From Ranitomeya imitator (lineage: Eukaryota): a DNA stretch of 64,000 nt. The DNA lies in the NCBI RefSeq assembly GCF_032444005.1, contig NC_091291.1, positions 109,430,001-109,494,000 of the forward strand. Direction: 5' to 3'. The position numbers and the translations under genes were made by a program. The notes below the pieces were generated by a model, which was given only the letters and a program-made list of their open reading frames with translations, searched no databases and was not told the origin of the DNA. Positions 13,501 to 26,546 of the stretch are shown in pieces. Each line of letters begins with the position of its first letter. Within the stretch, counting starts at the first letter, position 1.

Positions 13501-14373
13501 TTAGTGGGAGAGCAATCACTAGGGGAATCGGCAGCAATGTCTGTAAGGTGTCCAGGGCGAGCTGCTGCTTCTCCACACCCACCACCGAGATCTGCTACGT
13601 TTCCCTCTCGTGGTTCCCCGTATGGCTTTCTCTGTATGGAAGGGATTAAGGCACGCTCCTCAGTGCTTAGTTTGGGTCCGTAGGACCTAGATATTACAGG
13701 AAGGTCCACACAAAAATTGGTCCGACTTCATGCTGTCAGAACGATATGTACTCCACGTGCCTCCTGCCCACTGCAGCTTAAACCTGAAGTGCACACGAAC
13801 CTCTCTCTAACTCAGACTTTCTCTATCCAACTAAACCAGGAAATGCTTCCCCTTTTTGCTTCACTTAATCCCCTTCCATGCCGGGCTGGTCCCAAACATT
13901 TAACCATCTCTGTTCCTGCAGTCTGTTGCTGGGACGATCTAACCTTTCACCTATATTCCAGTACACAGGTTTCATTACTTTCCTATGTTAACACTATGCT
14001 AACAATATTTATAGTATTCCTATATATTTCACACTAATAGGCCCACCACTTCCTAACTGTCCTAATCTTCCTATCTATTACTAAGTACTAAACTATGTTC
14101 TAAACTATCCCTATACCCGAGCTGAATATACCAGAGGTCCTCAGGCGTTACCTTTCAGTGCCCACACAACTGCACCAGTACCTATAACACTCGATGTATT
14201 TCACAAGTTTCATCGCACCATAAACCACAATGAAACCACACACCACACTTCACAATTGTTGTCTTCAGGGGCGGGTGCAAATTTCTGTGGATCTGCCACT
14301 CTTGACATTCCTGCAGATACCAATAAGGACAATTCTTGTTTTATTTTCATAACTTTGTTTCTTCATTCTATAG

Positions 14374-14596
14374 ACAGAAGCTCTTCATAAAATCGGATTG
14401 AGGAACATTGAAGGGATTTTTCATTTTGTACAAAAATTATTAATGCCTGTCCAGAAGGATGATCCAGAGGTTTTCACGAAAGACTTAGAATTTGGAGGAG
14501 TGCCGGTGAGGGTCTACCAGCCCCGAGCTCCATCAGTCGGTGGTAGAAAAGGAGTCATGTTCTTTCACGGAGGAGGATTCATGGCAGGCAGTATTG
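14374..14596 (+). CDS. AADACL4-like: Paralog B exon 2 (HGGG oxyanion motif)
   Basis: The polypyrimidine tract and tag acceptor end at 14373. It encodes GVPVRVYQP...VMFFHGGGFMAGSI. The donor is G|GTAAG (phase 1). Confidence 0.9.
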
Positions 14597-14687
14597 GTAA
14601 GCAAGTCAAAATTTGTGCTTTAAGGGTTGATCCATTGTGTGGTGGGATGTCTTTGTCTAATTATCTTTTCAATCGTCTTAGGGTTAA

Positions 14688-14980
14688 AGGGTTTTTACAG
14701 GTTTGGGATGAAAGTCTGCAGTGTCTCTATGTGGCTGCAGAATTGTGAATCCTCACAGCGCGCTCAGTGCACGCTGTCAGGATTCTCTGGTGCCAAGAAC
14801 AGGCAGTCACGTGACCACAAAAGTATGTGATTTACATCCTTCCTGCCACATTCTGACTAGACATGTCCTTGCTGGCACCCGAGAATCCTGACAGCGTGCA
14901 GTGTGCGCGCTCTGAGGATTCAAAAGTCTGCAATTACATAGAGTCACTGCTGACTTTCATCACAAGCCTGGACAACCCCT
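14688..14980. mobile_element. TTAA-target palindromic MITE
   Basis: The termini are TTAA|AGGGTTTTTACAGG...CCTGGACAACCCCT|TTAA, with internal inverted arms. Confidence 0.7.
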
Positions 14981-15330
14981 TTAATGCACAAAGCCGTTTG
15001 TATTACAGATCTCTTTTGTAAAGTGCTACAAAATGGATTTCATGGAGGTACGTGAGAGCTCGACTTTAACTATGCGTGCCTATGACGGAATAGTGAAAGA
15101 TGTGTAAGGGGTGACAGATACTGGTATATGCCCCCACCCCTTTAAGCACGTCCCGGTTGAAACTAGTACTAAATGATGCTTGTTCAATGTGTATATTGTT
15201 GTAGTTGAATGCCGTATCTAGTGCTGTTTAATGTAGAAGGTTACTTAGGGAAAGCGCAGTTCCTTGATTGGGACACTAGATGGGGCACAGTAGGATTAGG
15301 TTATAGAAGCTGAGTATAGTAACTAGTTAA

Positions 15331-15487
15331 TGAGACGCCCGCCAGGGCCTTGGGGTACTCGGTACCGGGTCCGGTACTTAAAGGGGATGTCACGGTGGCT
15401 GTGACACTGTCCGTGGCCTTGGGTGCCCAAGTAAAAGGGAAGGACTTTAAAGGAGTTTGGATAAAGTTTGTTTGTGATGCCACCTGT
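15331..15487 (-). mobile_element. 3' end fragment of an LTR of the 22866-24041 family
   Basis: The reverse complement matches the CACAGGTGGCGTCAC...GGCCACGGAC...GTACC...GGGCG..CA end seen at 23880-24041 and 56925-57086. Confidence 0.55.
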
Positions 15488-16710
15488 GCTTAAAGGGAAC
15501 CTGTCACCCCCAAAATCGAAGGTGAGCTAAGCCCACCAGCATCAGGGGCCTATCTACAGCATTCTGGAATGCTGTAGATAAGCCCCCGATGCATCCTGAA
15601 AGATGAGAAAAAGAGGTTAGATTATACTCACCTGGGTGGTCCGATCCGATGGGCGTCGCGGTCCGGGGCCTCCCATCTTCTTACGATGACGTCCTCTTCT
15701 TGCCTTCACGCTGCGGCTCCGGCGCAGGCGTACTTTGTCTGCCCTGTTGAGGGCAGAGCAAAGTACTGCAGTGCGCAGGCGCCGGGAAAGGTCTGACCTT
15801 TCCCAGCGCCTTCCTACGCTTCCAAGCGTGACATCGCTCTCCCCGTGAGGAAATGAATGCAATGTAACGACCAGGACCTTGGGGTGTTACACTCAAATCC
15901 CCCTGTTGAATCCAGTACTCCCGGACTGGGAAAAGAAGAAAACATAAACAATACAGGTTATTAAAAAGACATACAAAAAAAAACATTTTTATATGCATGT
16001 AAACTGGTTAAATGTTGGCTTCCCTTTATGGGAGGTAATTGATACTTTTAACGTTGCAGAACATATATACAAAGATATAAATAACTTTTCAGAATTAATA
16101 CATTTTACTTTAACATACTATGAAGCAGTAACTACCCTCACAGGTATACTATCTTTAAGACTTTCTTTAATTAAAGTGCAAAAAAAAAAAAACATCAACT
16201 TTCTTTACTAGTTCTCACTCTATAATTCTTTAACACTATCTGGTAACTTTTCTGACTATATATTTTGACTATCTGACACATACCAACTCACTTCTTCTAA
16301 TAATACTATGCAAAACATGTATGCTATAAAACTCTCTGGCATATAAAATACAATCCTAGCTAATTTTTCTAACCATATTAAATATTATCACTTTATTAAA
16401 CAAGTGCAAAAAAGCAATTTTCCTATATTGAGGTAGCGCAATTAAAAGTGCAAATAATATTCAAGTCAATTAATAACAGCAGTAACAATATGGGGGACCC
16501 CTTTCATAAACCCCCAACATAGGATTGGGCGGGCTACCAGACCTTGTCGTGGGCTGCGCCAAATGGGTTTTTCTTCAGGTCTCTGTAAAACTAATTAACT
16601 TTTTAGTGCAAAACAATGATGAATAGTATATTTAATGGTTCCTTGTAAAACCAGTAGAAAGCACCGAAGTAGGTGCAAACTATTTACAAAAGTGTTTGTA
16701 GCCCAATCAG

Positions 16711-17480
16711 TGTTGTGATGCAGTGACCCCTGTTACAGGTAGGGGGCACTGCATGGTCTTCCCAGAATACGCATGGAGGCATATTGAGGCCATAGGAATG
16801 CATGGCAATCGCAGGCATAACTGTGGTGATGATGAGTCAAAGTCCGGCATTATTGTGAATGGCCGGTATGTGTGTCGCAGAGGAAGATACTCTATGCTGT
16901 CAGCCTGAAGTAAAGATGTTCTGGGACCTGTAGTCCCACAAGTAAATGTGCTGTTTGTATAATTGTAAAAGGAGGCTGGCAGGGCTAGTTATGAGAGCTG
17001 GGCGGGTCGAACTAGCCACACACACACTCCCATCTAGGGGAGTAGCTACAAGTATATAATGAGACCAGGGTGTGGGTCACATGTCTCTGAGTGTGGATCT
17101 GAATGGTCTGTGCTGAAGGTCCTGGAAGAGCCTATGTGTTGGGAGTGCTATCTCCCTGAGTAGCACATGGTGGGGCTTTGGACCTGGTGGCCTGGGGTGT
17201 TGGATGAACGTCCTGAATAGCACCTGGACAGTCCACACGCCTCTCTGTTGGACGGACCGACGTGGGGACGGACGTCCTGAATAGCGCACTGTGGAAGGAC
17301 TGTGTTGGGAGGTCCTGGGAGTAGGACTGGATCCCTGAAGAGCACAGGGTGCAGTAAAGAACGGAGGACACAGGTTTGCAGTCTCTTTACCTGGTTTACT
17401 GAAGACTTCAGGCAGCCACAATCCAGGGCACCAGATCACAGGTACAGGCAGGTCCGGTCGGCTTGGAAGTGAATTCAACA
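16711..17480. mobile_element. Solo-LTR-like element nested in another repeat
   Basis: It has TGTTG...CAACA termini and internal short direct repeats. No TSD was found. Confidence 0.45.
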
Positions 17481-19423
17481 CGTGGAGTTAAAAGCCTTCC
17501 TACTAGCGCGGTGGTGTAATCCCTTGCTGCCTATGGCTTCTGTCAAGGTCCTCACAGTTCTCTCTGTCCTCCTTAAAGGTGGGACACAAACCCATATGAC
17601 AGGTGGCTCGAGCCTTTTTACAGGGTCTCTATCACGACCCGGGCTCTATGCGCCATTGTGTCTCCTGGGTATTAGGGCGGACAGGTGACGTGTAGTCCAG
17701 CTGTCCTTTCAGTTTCTGCTGTGCCTCCTAGAGTCCGACACAACCTCAGTCTTCCGGCTACCGGTGTCTGCGCTCTGTCAGGGAGGTAGCCTAGTCACAG
17801 CTATCCTCCCCAGTTGTCACTCTCCTGCGCCTCGCTCTCCTGCACGCTCACTACATGCTGTTCTTCCTTCTGTATTCTGCGAAGAGAAGAAAGTAAGGTT
17901 ATTTGTTTAAAGACGAACGTGAACTCTGTCTCGTTTTGTGCAATAACACCAGCAGCAAAGCCCCAGCTGCTGAGATGGGACCCTGAGGGTGCAGATGATG
18001 TGGCTGAAGGTAGGCAAAAAAGGGGACATTGTTTGCATGTGGCGGGAGGCCAGGGTGCATGTAAACAGATAGATTCAGCCACGACTACGGCCCTGGCCCT
18101 GCCTCACAGATGCAGCCTATCAGCAGCAACTAATTGACTGTGATGGTCATGGGACATATTAATGTCACACTTTCTTATCTGGCAAGGTACACAGACCCGT
18201 TAAGGGCTTAGTTTTGTTTGACAGGGGCTGTAACCTAGCGATTGATGATTGATAAGCTAGAATTATGGTGCATATTTCTGACACAAGGTAAGACAACTAA
18301 AAGGTGGTGTAAACTTAGACTAAGCAGTCTCAATGATGGCTGGACTATACAAGGTAAATACTCTGTACCCCTTTTTCATCATAGATTGTAACCCCTCACT
18401 CTTCTTGTATACATTGTTTTGGTTTTATATTATTTGTAAATGTCAACTCTGAATTTTAAGAAGGAAGGAGAGTTGTGAGAAGTGACTGCGTCACAGCTAG
18501 GTAGAAGTAAGTGAGAGTAGTACTCCTTACATATATGTAAGAAGTGCTACCCCAAAGCTGCAAAGTTGCAAACATAAAGTCCCAGCTTGTTCTGCCATGC
18601 ATGTAATTTGACCCACATGATGGAGGACACCTTAAGTGCAAGACGGAGTACCATCACTGCTGAGAGATGGTGAGGATCGCCTTCATAGAGGGGAGCATAG
18701 GCTTATTCATCAAGAATGAGTTTCAGTCACTGCTTATCTGAGTTAGGTAGTTTGCCATCTCGGAGATTAGGAGGTGACTGATACAAGGTAACGGAGGGAG
18801 CAGTTTGTCGGAGTGTACAAGATTGCCAGAACACAATAGCAGCGCATTGGTTTAAAGGGGGACGACTGGGATCACGGCTGCACTAAGCACTAGGAGAGAC
18901 TGTGCTGTGACGTATTGAGAGTGGCACAAAGACTGTGACATTAGCTTTTAGTTCTGAATCCAGTGTTACGTGTACATTTTTCTGTCAATTTTTATCATAA
19001 ATGTTTGATTATTGCGGCGGGGTTCACTTCCGGTAGAATTGAGACGTGCAGCAAAAGCTGGGCAACCAGGGGAGAAAGGCAGGGGACCACCATACACCCA
19101 TTTATCTCTCTAACTCCAACGTTCAGTATTTGTAAGCCAAAACCAGGAGACGACCAATCAGAGGAAAAGTATAATCGAAACACGTCACCACTTCTGTATT
19201 TATCACCCACTCCTGGTTTTGGCTTACACATTCTGAGGTAAAATACTGACCAAATACTGAACATGTAAACGTGGCCTTATAGCCAGCAGAATCTGGAATC
19301 CTCGCTATATGTAAATATGATTGATTGTTATGGATAACAGAGCATTTTTCATTTGTCATGATATTGGATAATTGTTTGGTATAATGGATTCCTATAACTC
19401 ATGTCTTACTTATTTGGTTTTAG

Positions 19424-19487
19424 AGAGCCATGACACTTTCTGTCGATACCTGTCAGAGAAATCTGGAGCTGTGGTTGTCTCTGTTGG
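19424..19487 (+). CDS. AADACL4-like: Paralog B exon 3
   Basis: This is a 64-nt exon with acceptor ttttag and donor GG|GTAAG. It encodes (E)SHDTFCRYLSEKSGAVVVSV(G), and its phases fit exons 2 and 4. Confidence 0.88.
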
Positions 19488-21354
19488 GTAAGATGGAATC
19501 GTTCATCTAATGTTTCCTTACGTTCTAATTAAAATAATGAATTAGTGAAAGTGAATTGCGACTAATTTTTGTAGAATGAAAGTGATCTGACCAAAGGATC
19601 TTTTCCGAGTTCTGTCGGAAACTAAAGCTGTAATCTGATTGGTTGCTTTGGGCAACTGTTCCATTTGTTTTGTCGGTAGTAGTTTTTATATTCCCCGAAA
19701 ATGAAAAAAAAAACATGTCCAGGAACAAAATAATGAGAACTGGGTTCACATTTTGTTCAAAACCATTATAAATATTCATTATCGAGATTGAAAAAGACAT
19801 ACTGATGCACAGAAAACAGTTGGGTGAGCCAGGACCCAGTCATTAATATAGGGCAAAAAAATATCTATTTGTGTATTGTATGGAGTAACCGCCAAGTATA
19901 CCTCATTTGTGAGTATTTCAATTATTTTTTTTCCCCATCTGCAATTAAAGGGGTTGACATATCCTTTATTTGCACATATTGAAATACCATGGAGATATAA
20001 CTGGCTATTACTCAATAGTATATAGAAATAGATATCGCTATGGTCCAGAGGTGTTGGCACTTATTCTCCTGGGGCTCACATGACATTATGTCACTCAAGC
20101 TCTGCAGCCAATAGGCGGCCGCTTCACTCCTTCCCCCTTCAGAAAAATCAGACATGCCTAGTAAATCAGAGCTGCGGCTGCTCTCACTTTCTCCAGAAGT
20201 CTGATTTGTCTGAAGGAAGAGAGAGTGAAGAGGCCACGGATTTGGCTTCAGGGATTGCGTGACGTAATGTCATGTTAGTGCAAGGAGAGCCAGTGCCGTC
20301 AATGCTGGAACCGCACCCCCACTGGAGGTGAGTATAGCTGCTATTATTTTCTAAGGGGGTAACCTAGTGATTCAGAAGGGGATGTTAGAATAGCGAACAA
20401 CCCCCTTAATGTGTTTCCTCAAAAGTTGTCTATAACTGACCCTTTGCTTTATAAGTACTGGTGGATGAGAGACAGCGACTGCAGCACTGGCCTCCTGATC
20501 ACATCCCGTTTGAGTATCCCAGAATGCACTGGGGATTCTCAAACAAAACGTCAGCAGAACAGAAAAAAAAAAAAAGCAGAAAGATAGTAGAGAAGGAATG
20601 ATAGGGAATTTTTAATTAAAGTATGTTAAAAAAAAGTGATCAGATGATTAGATTACAAATATAGAAATTCAGGATTAAATTCAATTGGTTTTGGATCACC
20701 CTTTAATGAATTTGGCCCATCTTTCAAGTGCCGTGCGCCACCAACAGAAAGGTCACTCTGGAGTTTTTGTCGTAATTTACAACACTTTTGTGGTGTAAAC
20801 TATGACAAATTTGTCAAGTGCTCTTAGTAGGTCCCATCCAATGTGAGCCGAGTCTTCTTTTCTAAAAGTGGCCAGGACTGGTGTAAAAAAAACCACCAAA
20901 AGTTGCTACATTTTTTGCACAACTTCAAGTCACGCAAACATTTTGTGAGATTTCACGGAAAAAAATGTACTTAATGAATAGGGCACAAAGTCGACAACAT
21001 GATTGGTTTCAAAAAATAAATGTTATCAAGTGTTGTCTACTTCGGACAGCCCCTGCCCATTTACCTTATTGAAGCATTTTTTAAGAGGAGGACTCAATTC
21101 TGAACCCACATCTTTTGCATAGAGAAAAGAGGATCTACAACACTATCTCTCAGTCTGGAGGACGTACGGTAGCTTGGTAATAAATCATTGCCATTAGACC
21201 GCTGTGAATTAATTAACACCGTAAAGAACATCTAAAATGGCGGAACTAGGTGGAGATATTAACCAATGCAAATGTTGGTCCCTATTATCCAAATATTGAC
21301 TGTTGCTTCCCATATCAAAGATCTAATAATCTTTTTTTAAATCATTAATTTTAG

Positions 21355-22111
21355 GTACCGCCTGGCCCCAAAACACAGATGCCCGGCTGCATTTGATGAC
21401 TGTGTCTTGGCTACAGTTCACTTTCTGAAGACGGCACAAGATCATGGAGTCAATCCTTCTTCTGTTATAATATGTGGAGACAGTGCTGGGGGCAATCTTA
21501 CAGCTGGTGTTTGTCAAGCTCTTGTGGGTAGATCGGATATTCCAAAGCCTCTTGCCCAAGTGATGATATACCCAGTGCTCCAGATGGCGGACTTCAATTT
21601 ACCTTCATATCAGCAAAACAAGATGGTCCCATTGCTATACCAAAAGTATGCATTATACTGCACAATGAAATACATAGGTGGTGATCCATCTTTGTCAAAA
21701 GAACTGATCAAGGGCAGCCATGTTACTCTTGAGATAAGACAAAAATTAAGTAAGTTGTTGAGTTCTCAAAAATTTAAGGACAAAGGCTACACACCTCACG
21801 TCATGGCACCTTTTAATAAAGAAGTTTACGAGAAAGTTAAGATAACTCTTGACCTTCCATGTTCTCCATTGTTCTCTGATGATGCTGTGATCCGGCAATT
21901 ACCACAGGCCTACATACTAACATGTGAGTTCGATGTTCTCCGAGATGATGGGATACTCTACAAGAAACGGCTGGAGGACAATGGAGTCCCGGTCACATGG
22001 TATCATGTTGAAGATGGTTTTCATGGAGTAGTTATCTTCTTTGATCGGTCTGATGTGGTGTCCGGAAAGTTGGCTATGGATAATATTATCACTTACATTA
22101 AAAACCTTTGA
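21355..22111 (+). CDS. AADACL4-like: Paralog B exon 4 (catalytic Ser/Asp/His)
   Basis: The acceptor is ttttag|GTACCGC. GDSAG, CEFDVLRDDG and DGFHG are present, with TGA at 22109-22111. The spliced CDS is 1221 nt (406 aa). Confidence 0.93.
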
Positions 22112-22865
22112 GACTTTGTATGGGTGAAATATTGTTTATCTGTGTATGAAATAACGAGATATCTTACATGTTCTTTATTTTGGGTTTATGTCATGAGTTG
22201 TATTACAAAATTGTATTATTTAGCTAAACTGTTTCTCACTAAGGTTCCTTCACACATATGTTTTAGTTTTTGATTTGTAAGAAACACTGTGATTTTCATG
22301 CATATTTTTGACGTGTTGTTGGCAGGGTGTAGACAGGCAGTTGCAAAATGCGTTTTTCCAGTCCTATGGATAATCCTATTAAAAAAAATGCATGGAAAAA
22401 GTGGCACACTTGGGCAATGCTGCATTTTGTCAAATATGTCAGTGATCAAACAAATGCACCAAAATTGAAGTTAAATGACCACGCACTGTAGATAACAGAC
22501 AGAAAATGCCCCCCCCCCCCGTGCAAGAACAATATATGGGGCTTATCAAAAGTCTGCATCCTGAGTTTCTTCCTATTCCCCATTCACCGCCGGCCTCCTG
22601 AATCTGATTGAGAAGTCACACTTGTTTCAGTGACCTTCCTCTCCTGTCCGAGATTTTGCACAAGCACAATTATTGCAGGGACTCATCCGCTCAGAAGGAG
22701 CAGAGCATGTGCAGATTGTTAGTCCGGGACTTGCAATGTCATCGGGACCTTACTGCACATCTACTGCCTCAGGCAATTACTGCGCTTGCGCAAAATTTCA
22801 GTGTACTGCTGGGGTTTCTTTCTTATACTGCACTCTCCCTCTGCTCCTTAGGGAGTGACATGATA

Positions 22866-24041
22866 TGCAGCGCCCTAGGGTCCTGGTTGTGGCAGTAATA
22901 TCATTCTCCTCTAGGGGGAGTGATGTTACGTTTGGGAGGCAAAGAAGGACAACTGAATCCAGGTATCACAAACATGCAACACATTTCGCACTCCAGGCCA
23001 CTAGGGGAAGCTCTGTTCCTATTTATTAGGGCACTCCTCACACTTAGGTAAAACTGGTTGCCTGGGGAGGAAGTTAGTTAGTTGCTGGCTGAGCTTTGCT
23101 CAGTTAGTTGGTCCCTGACAGGGGTTGGACCCTGTAGAGGCCGAGACAGAAGGACACAGAGTTGTGCCTGCCCTGAGTGCGGCAGCTTCTAGGAAGAGAC
23201 ACGGAAGGAGAACTGCATTGTAGAGAGGGTGAAGAAGTCGTAGCAAAGGAGTGGATTTCAGAGGAGTTCTGCCCTACACAGGCTGTCTCCTTCTGAGGTG
23301 CAGGATTCCGGTAGCCGGAACCCCGAGGGAGCAACAGTCCTTTATGCCTTGCTCCAGAGCTCGGCAGGACAGCTAATTTCACGTTACCTGCCCGCCCTAT
23401 ACCCAGGAGGCAAGGTGGCACCACTTAGAGGCTGGGGCATGATAGAGTCCCTGTAAAACGCCTCAAGCCACCGGTCATACGGGTTTGTCCTATCCATCTG
23501 GGGGACAGAGAGAGACATAACATCTGTAACATCTTCAATAGTTGTGAGGACCTTATGAGATGCTTAGCAGTAAGGTACTACAACACACGGCGCTAGAGGA
23601 AGGCTACTGATTTCTATCTGGACTAGGGAACTCTAGATTTGCCTCCAAACTGGCCGGACTCTGCCTGTCCTGTGGTCTGGTGCCCTGGACTGTGGATGCT
23701 GAAGCCTTAAGTAAAAGGTAGAGAGACTGCAACCTTGTGTCCTCATTCTTCACTGCGCCTCTCACCATCCACCATCTACACACTTGGAAGCCCTGGTGAC
23801 ATACTTCACCTGTGGGAAGGTTTACCATCTAGCTGCCATAACATCACCCAAGCGGACCCCCTTAAACCAGCGTCGGTCACCCTGACCGAATACCACAGGT
23901 GGCGTCACGAACATTCCCTTTAAAGATCTTTCCCTTCAACACGGTCGTCCCAAGGGCCACGGACCAGGTCAGCCACGTGACATCCCCCCGTGAACCGAAG
24001 GACCCGATAACAAGTACCCTGCTGCCCTCGGGGGCGCTCCA
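22866..24041 (+). mobile_element. Solo LTR (Gypsy-like by inference)
   Basis: It has TG...CA ends and a perfect 5-bp TSD TGATA (22861-22865, 24042-24046). It is homologous to 56053-57086. Confidence 0.8.
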
Positions 24042-24559
24042 TGATACACTCAGCAACCTTTCAAGGAGCCAGGTCTGAGTTGTCTTCTCTAGTTTTACCT
24101 TCAGGGTCTATGCAGATGGCGCTGGAACCGCTAGGACCTGCTTTACTGGATAATATAGTCTGTACCGGAAGTGGGGTTTTTGCAGTTTTTTCATAGTTAG
24201 ATCCTTTACCCCCGTGCTTGCGCAGTGTGTATTGTAAAGCCACGCTTGCGCTGTGTGTATCGTCAAGCCGTGCTCGTGCAGTCTTGCATTGTGAACCGGG
24301 CATGCGCAGTGTGTATCGTGAAGCATCATTTGCGCATGTGCATCATCAAACCGCGCTTGCGCAGTGTGTATCGTGGAGCCACGCTTGCACAGTGTTGACC
24401 GCATGCAACATGACAAGTGTGTGTATTGACGCTGTGTGTAGTACCCAGCTTCACTGACTGTGCGAGCATGCACAGCTTGTCACGGTGCAAGTGCGGGGAG
24501 CCGCTCAAAACGGAGCATAGGCAGCTCCTTGAGCTGGCCGCTCAACTCTGCAACCGCTG

Positions 24560-26546
24560 CTCTCCACACAACACTGCACAAGCGCGGCTCTCAGCTAAAC
24601 ACTGCACAAGCGCGGCTCTCTGCTCAACACTGCACAAGCGCGTGCTCCGCTCAACACTGCACAAGTGCGACTCTCCGCTCAACACTGCACAAGCGCGGCT
24701 CTCCGCTCAACACTGCACAAGCATCGCTCTCCACTCAACACTGCACAAGCGCGGCTCTCCGCTCAAAAGTGCACAAGCACGGCTCTCAGCTCAACACTGC
24801 ACAAACACGGCTCTCAGCTTAACACTGCACAAGCGCGGCTCTCAGCTCAACACTGCACAAGCGTGGCTCTCAGCTCAACACTGCACAAGCGCGGTTCTCC
24901 GCTCAACACTGCACAAGCACGGCTCTCAGCTCAACACTGCACAAGCACGGCTCTCAGCTCAACATTGCACAAGCGCGGCTCTCAGCTCAACACTGCACAA
25001 GCACGGCTCTCAGCTCAACACTGCACAAAGCACGGCTCTCAGCTCAACACTGCACAAGCGCAGCTCTCTGCTCAACACTGCACAAGCACGGCTCTCAGCT
25101 CAACACTGCACAAGCACGGCTCTCAGCTCAACACTGCACAGGCGCGGCTCTCCACTCAACACTGCACAAGCACGGCTCTCAGCTCAACACTGCACAAGCA
25201 CGGCTCTCAGCTCAACACTGCACAAGCACGGCTCTCAGATCAACACTGCACAAGCGCGGCTCTCAGCTCAACACTGCACAAGCGCGGCTCTCAGCTCAAC
25301 ACTGCACAAGCACGGCTCTCAGCTCAGCACTGCACAAGCCCGGCTCTCAGCTCAACACTGCACAAGCGCGGCTCTCAGCTCAACACTGCACAAGCGCGGC
25401 TCTCAGCTCAACACTGCACAAGCGCGGTTCTCCGCTCAACACTGCACAAGCACGGCTCTGAGCTCAACACTGCACAAGCATGGCTCTCAGCTCAACACTG
25501 CACAAGCGCGGCTCTCAGCTCAACACTGCACAAAGCACGGCTCTCAGCTCAACACTGCACAAGCGCAGCTCTCTGCTCAACACTGCACAAGCACGGCTCT
25601 CAGCTCAACACTACACAAGCACGGCTCTCAGCTCAACAGTGCACAAGCGCGGCTCTCCGCTCAACACTGCACAAGCACGGCTCACAGCTCAACACTGCAC
25701 AAGCGCGGCTCTCAGCTCAACACTGCACAAGCGCGGCTCTCAGCTCAACACTGCACAAGCACGGCTCTCAGCTCAACACTGCATAAGCGCGGCTCTCAGC
25801 TCAACACTGCACAAGCGCGGCTCTCAGCTCAACACTGCACAAGCACGGCTCTCAGCTCAACACTGCACAAGCGCGGCTCTCAGCTCAACAATGCACAAGC
25901 GCGGCTCTCAGCTCAACACTGCACAAGCACAGCTCTCAGCTCAACACTGCACAAGCCCGTCTCTCAGCTCAACACTGCACAAGCGCGGCTCTCAGCTCAA
26001 CACTGCACAAGCGCGGCTCTCAGCTCAACACTGCACAAGCGCGGCTCTCCCCTCAACACTGCACAAGTGCAGCTCTCAGCTCAACACTGCACAAGCACGG
26101 CTTACAGCTCAACACTGCACAAGTGCAGCTCTCAGCTCAACACTGCACAAGTGCAGCTCTCAGCTCAACACTGCACAAGTGCAGCTCTCAGCACAACACT
26201 GCACAAGTGCAGCTCTCCACTCAACACTGCACAAGTGCAGCTCTCTACTCAACACCGCACAAGCACGGCTCACAGCTCAACACTGCACAAGTGCAGCTCT
26301 CTGCTCAACACTGCACAAGTGCAGCTCTCCGCTCAACACTGCACAAGTGCAGCTCTCAGCACAACACTGCACAAGTGCAGCTCTCCACTCAACACTGCAC
26401 AAGTGCGGCTCTCCCCTCAACACTGCACAAGTGCGGCTCTCCCCTCAACACTGCACAAGTATGGCTCTCCGCTCTACTCTGCACAAGTGCGGCTCTCAGC
26501 TCAACACTGCACAAGTGCGGCTCTCCGCTCAACTGTGCACAAGCGT
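24560..26546. repeat. Minisatellite, 28-bp unit (CTGCACAAGCGCGGCTCTCAGCTCAACA), about 70 copies
   Basis: The periodicity is directly visible. The translated repeat period of 28 aa equals 3 units. Confidence 0.97.

Noticed and set aside
18229-18970. Possible solo LTR (TGTAAC...GTTACG)
   Set aside because: The terminus is imperfect, there is no TSD and there is no second copy in the window.
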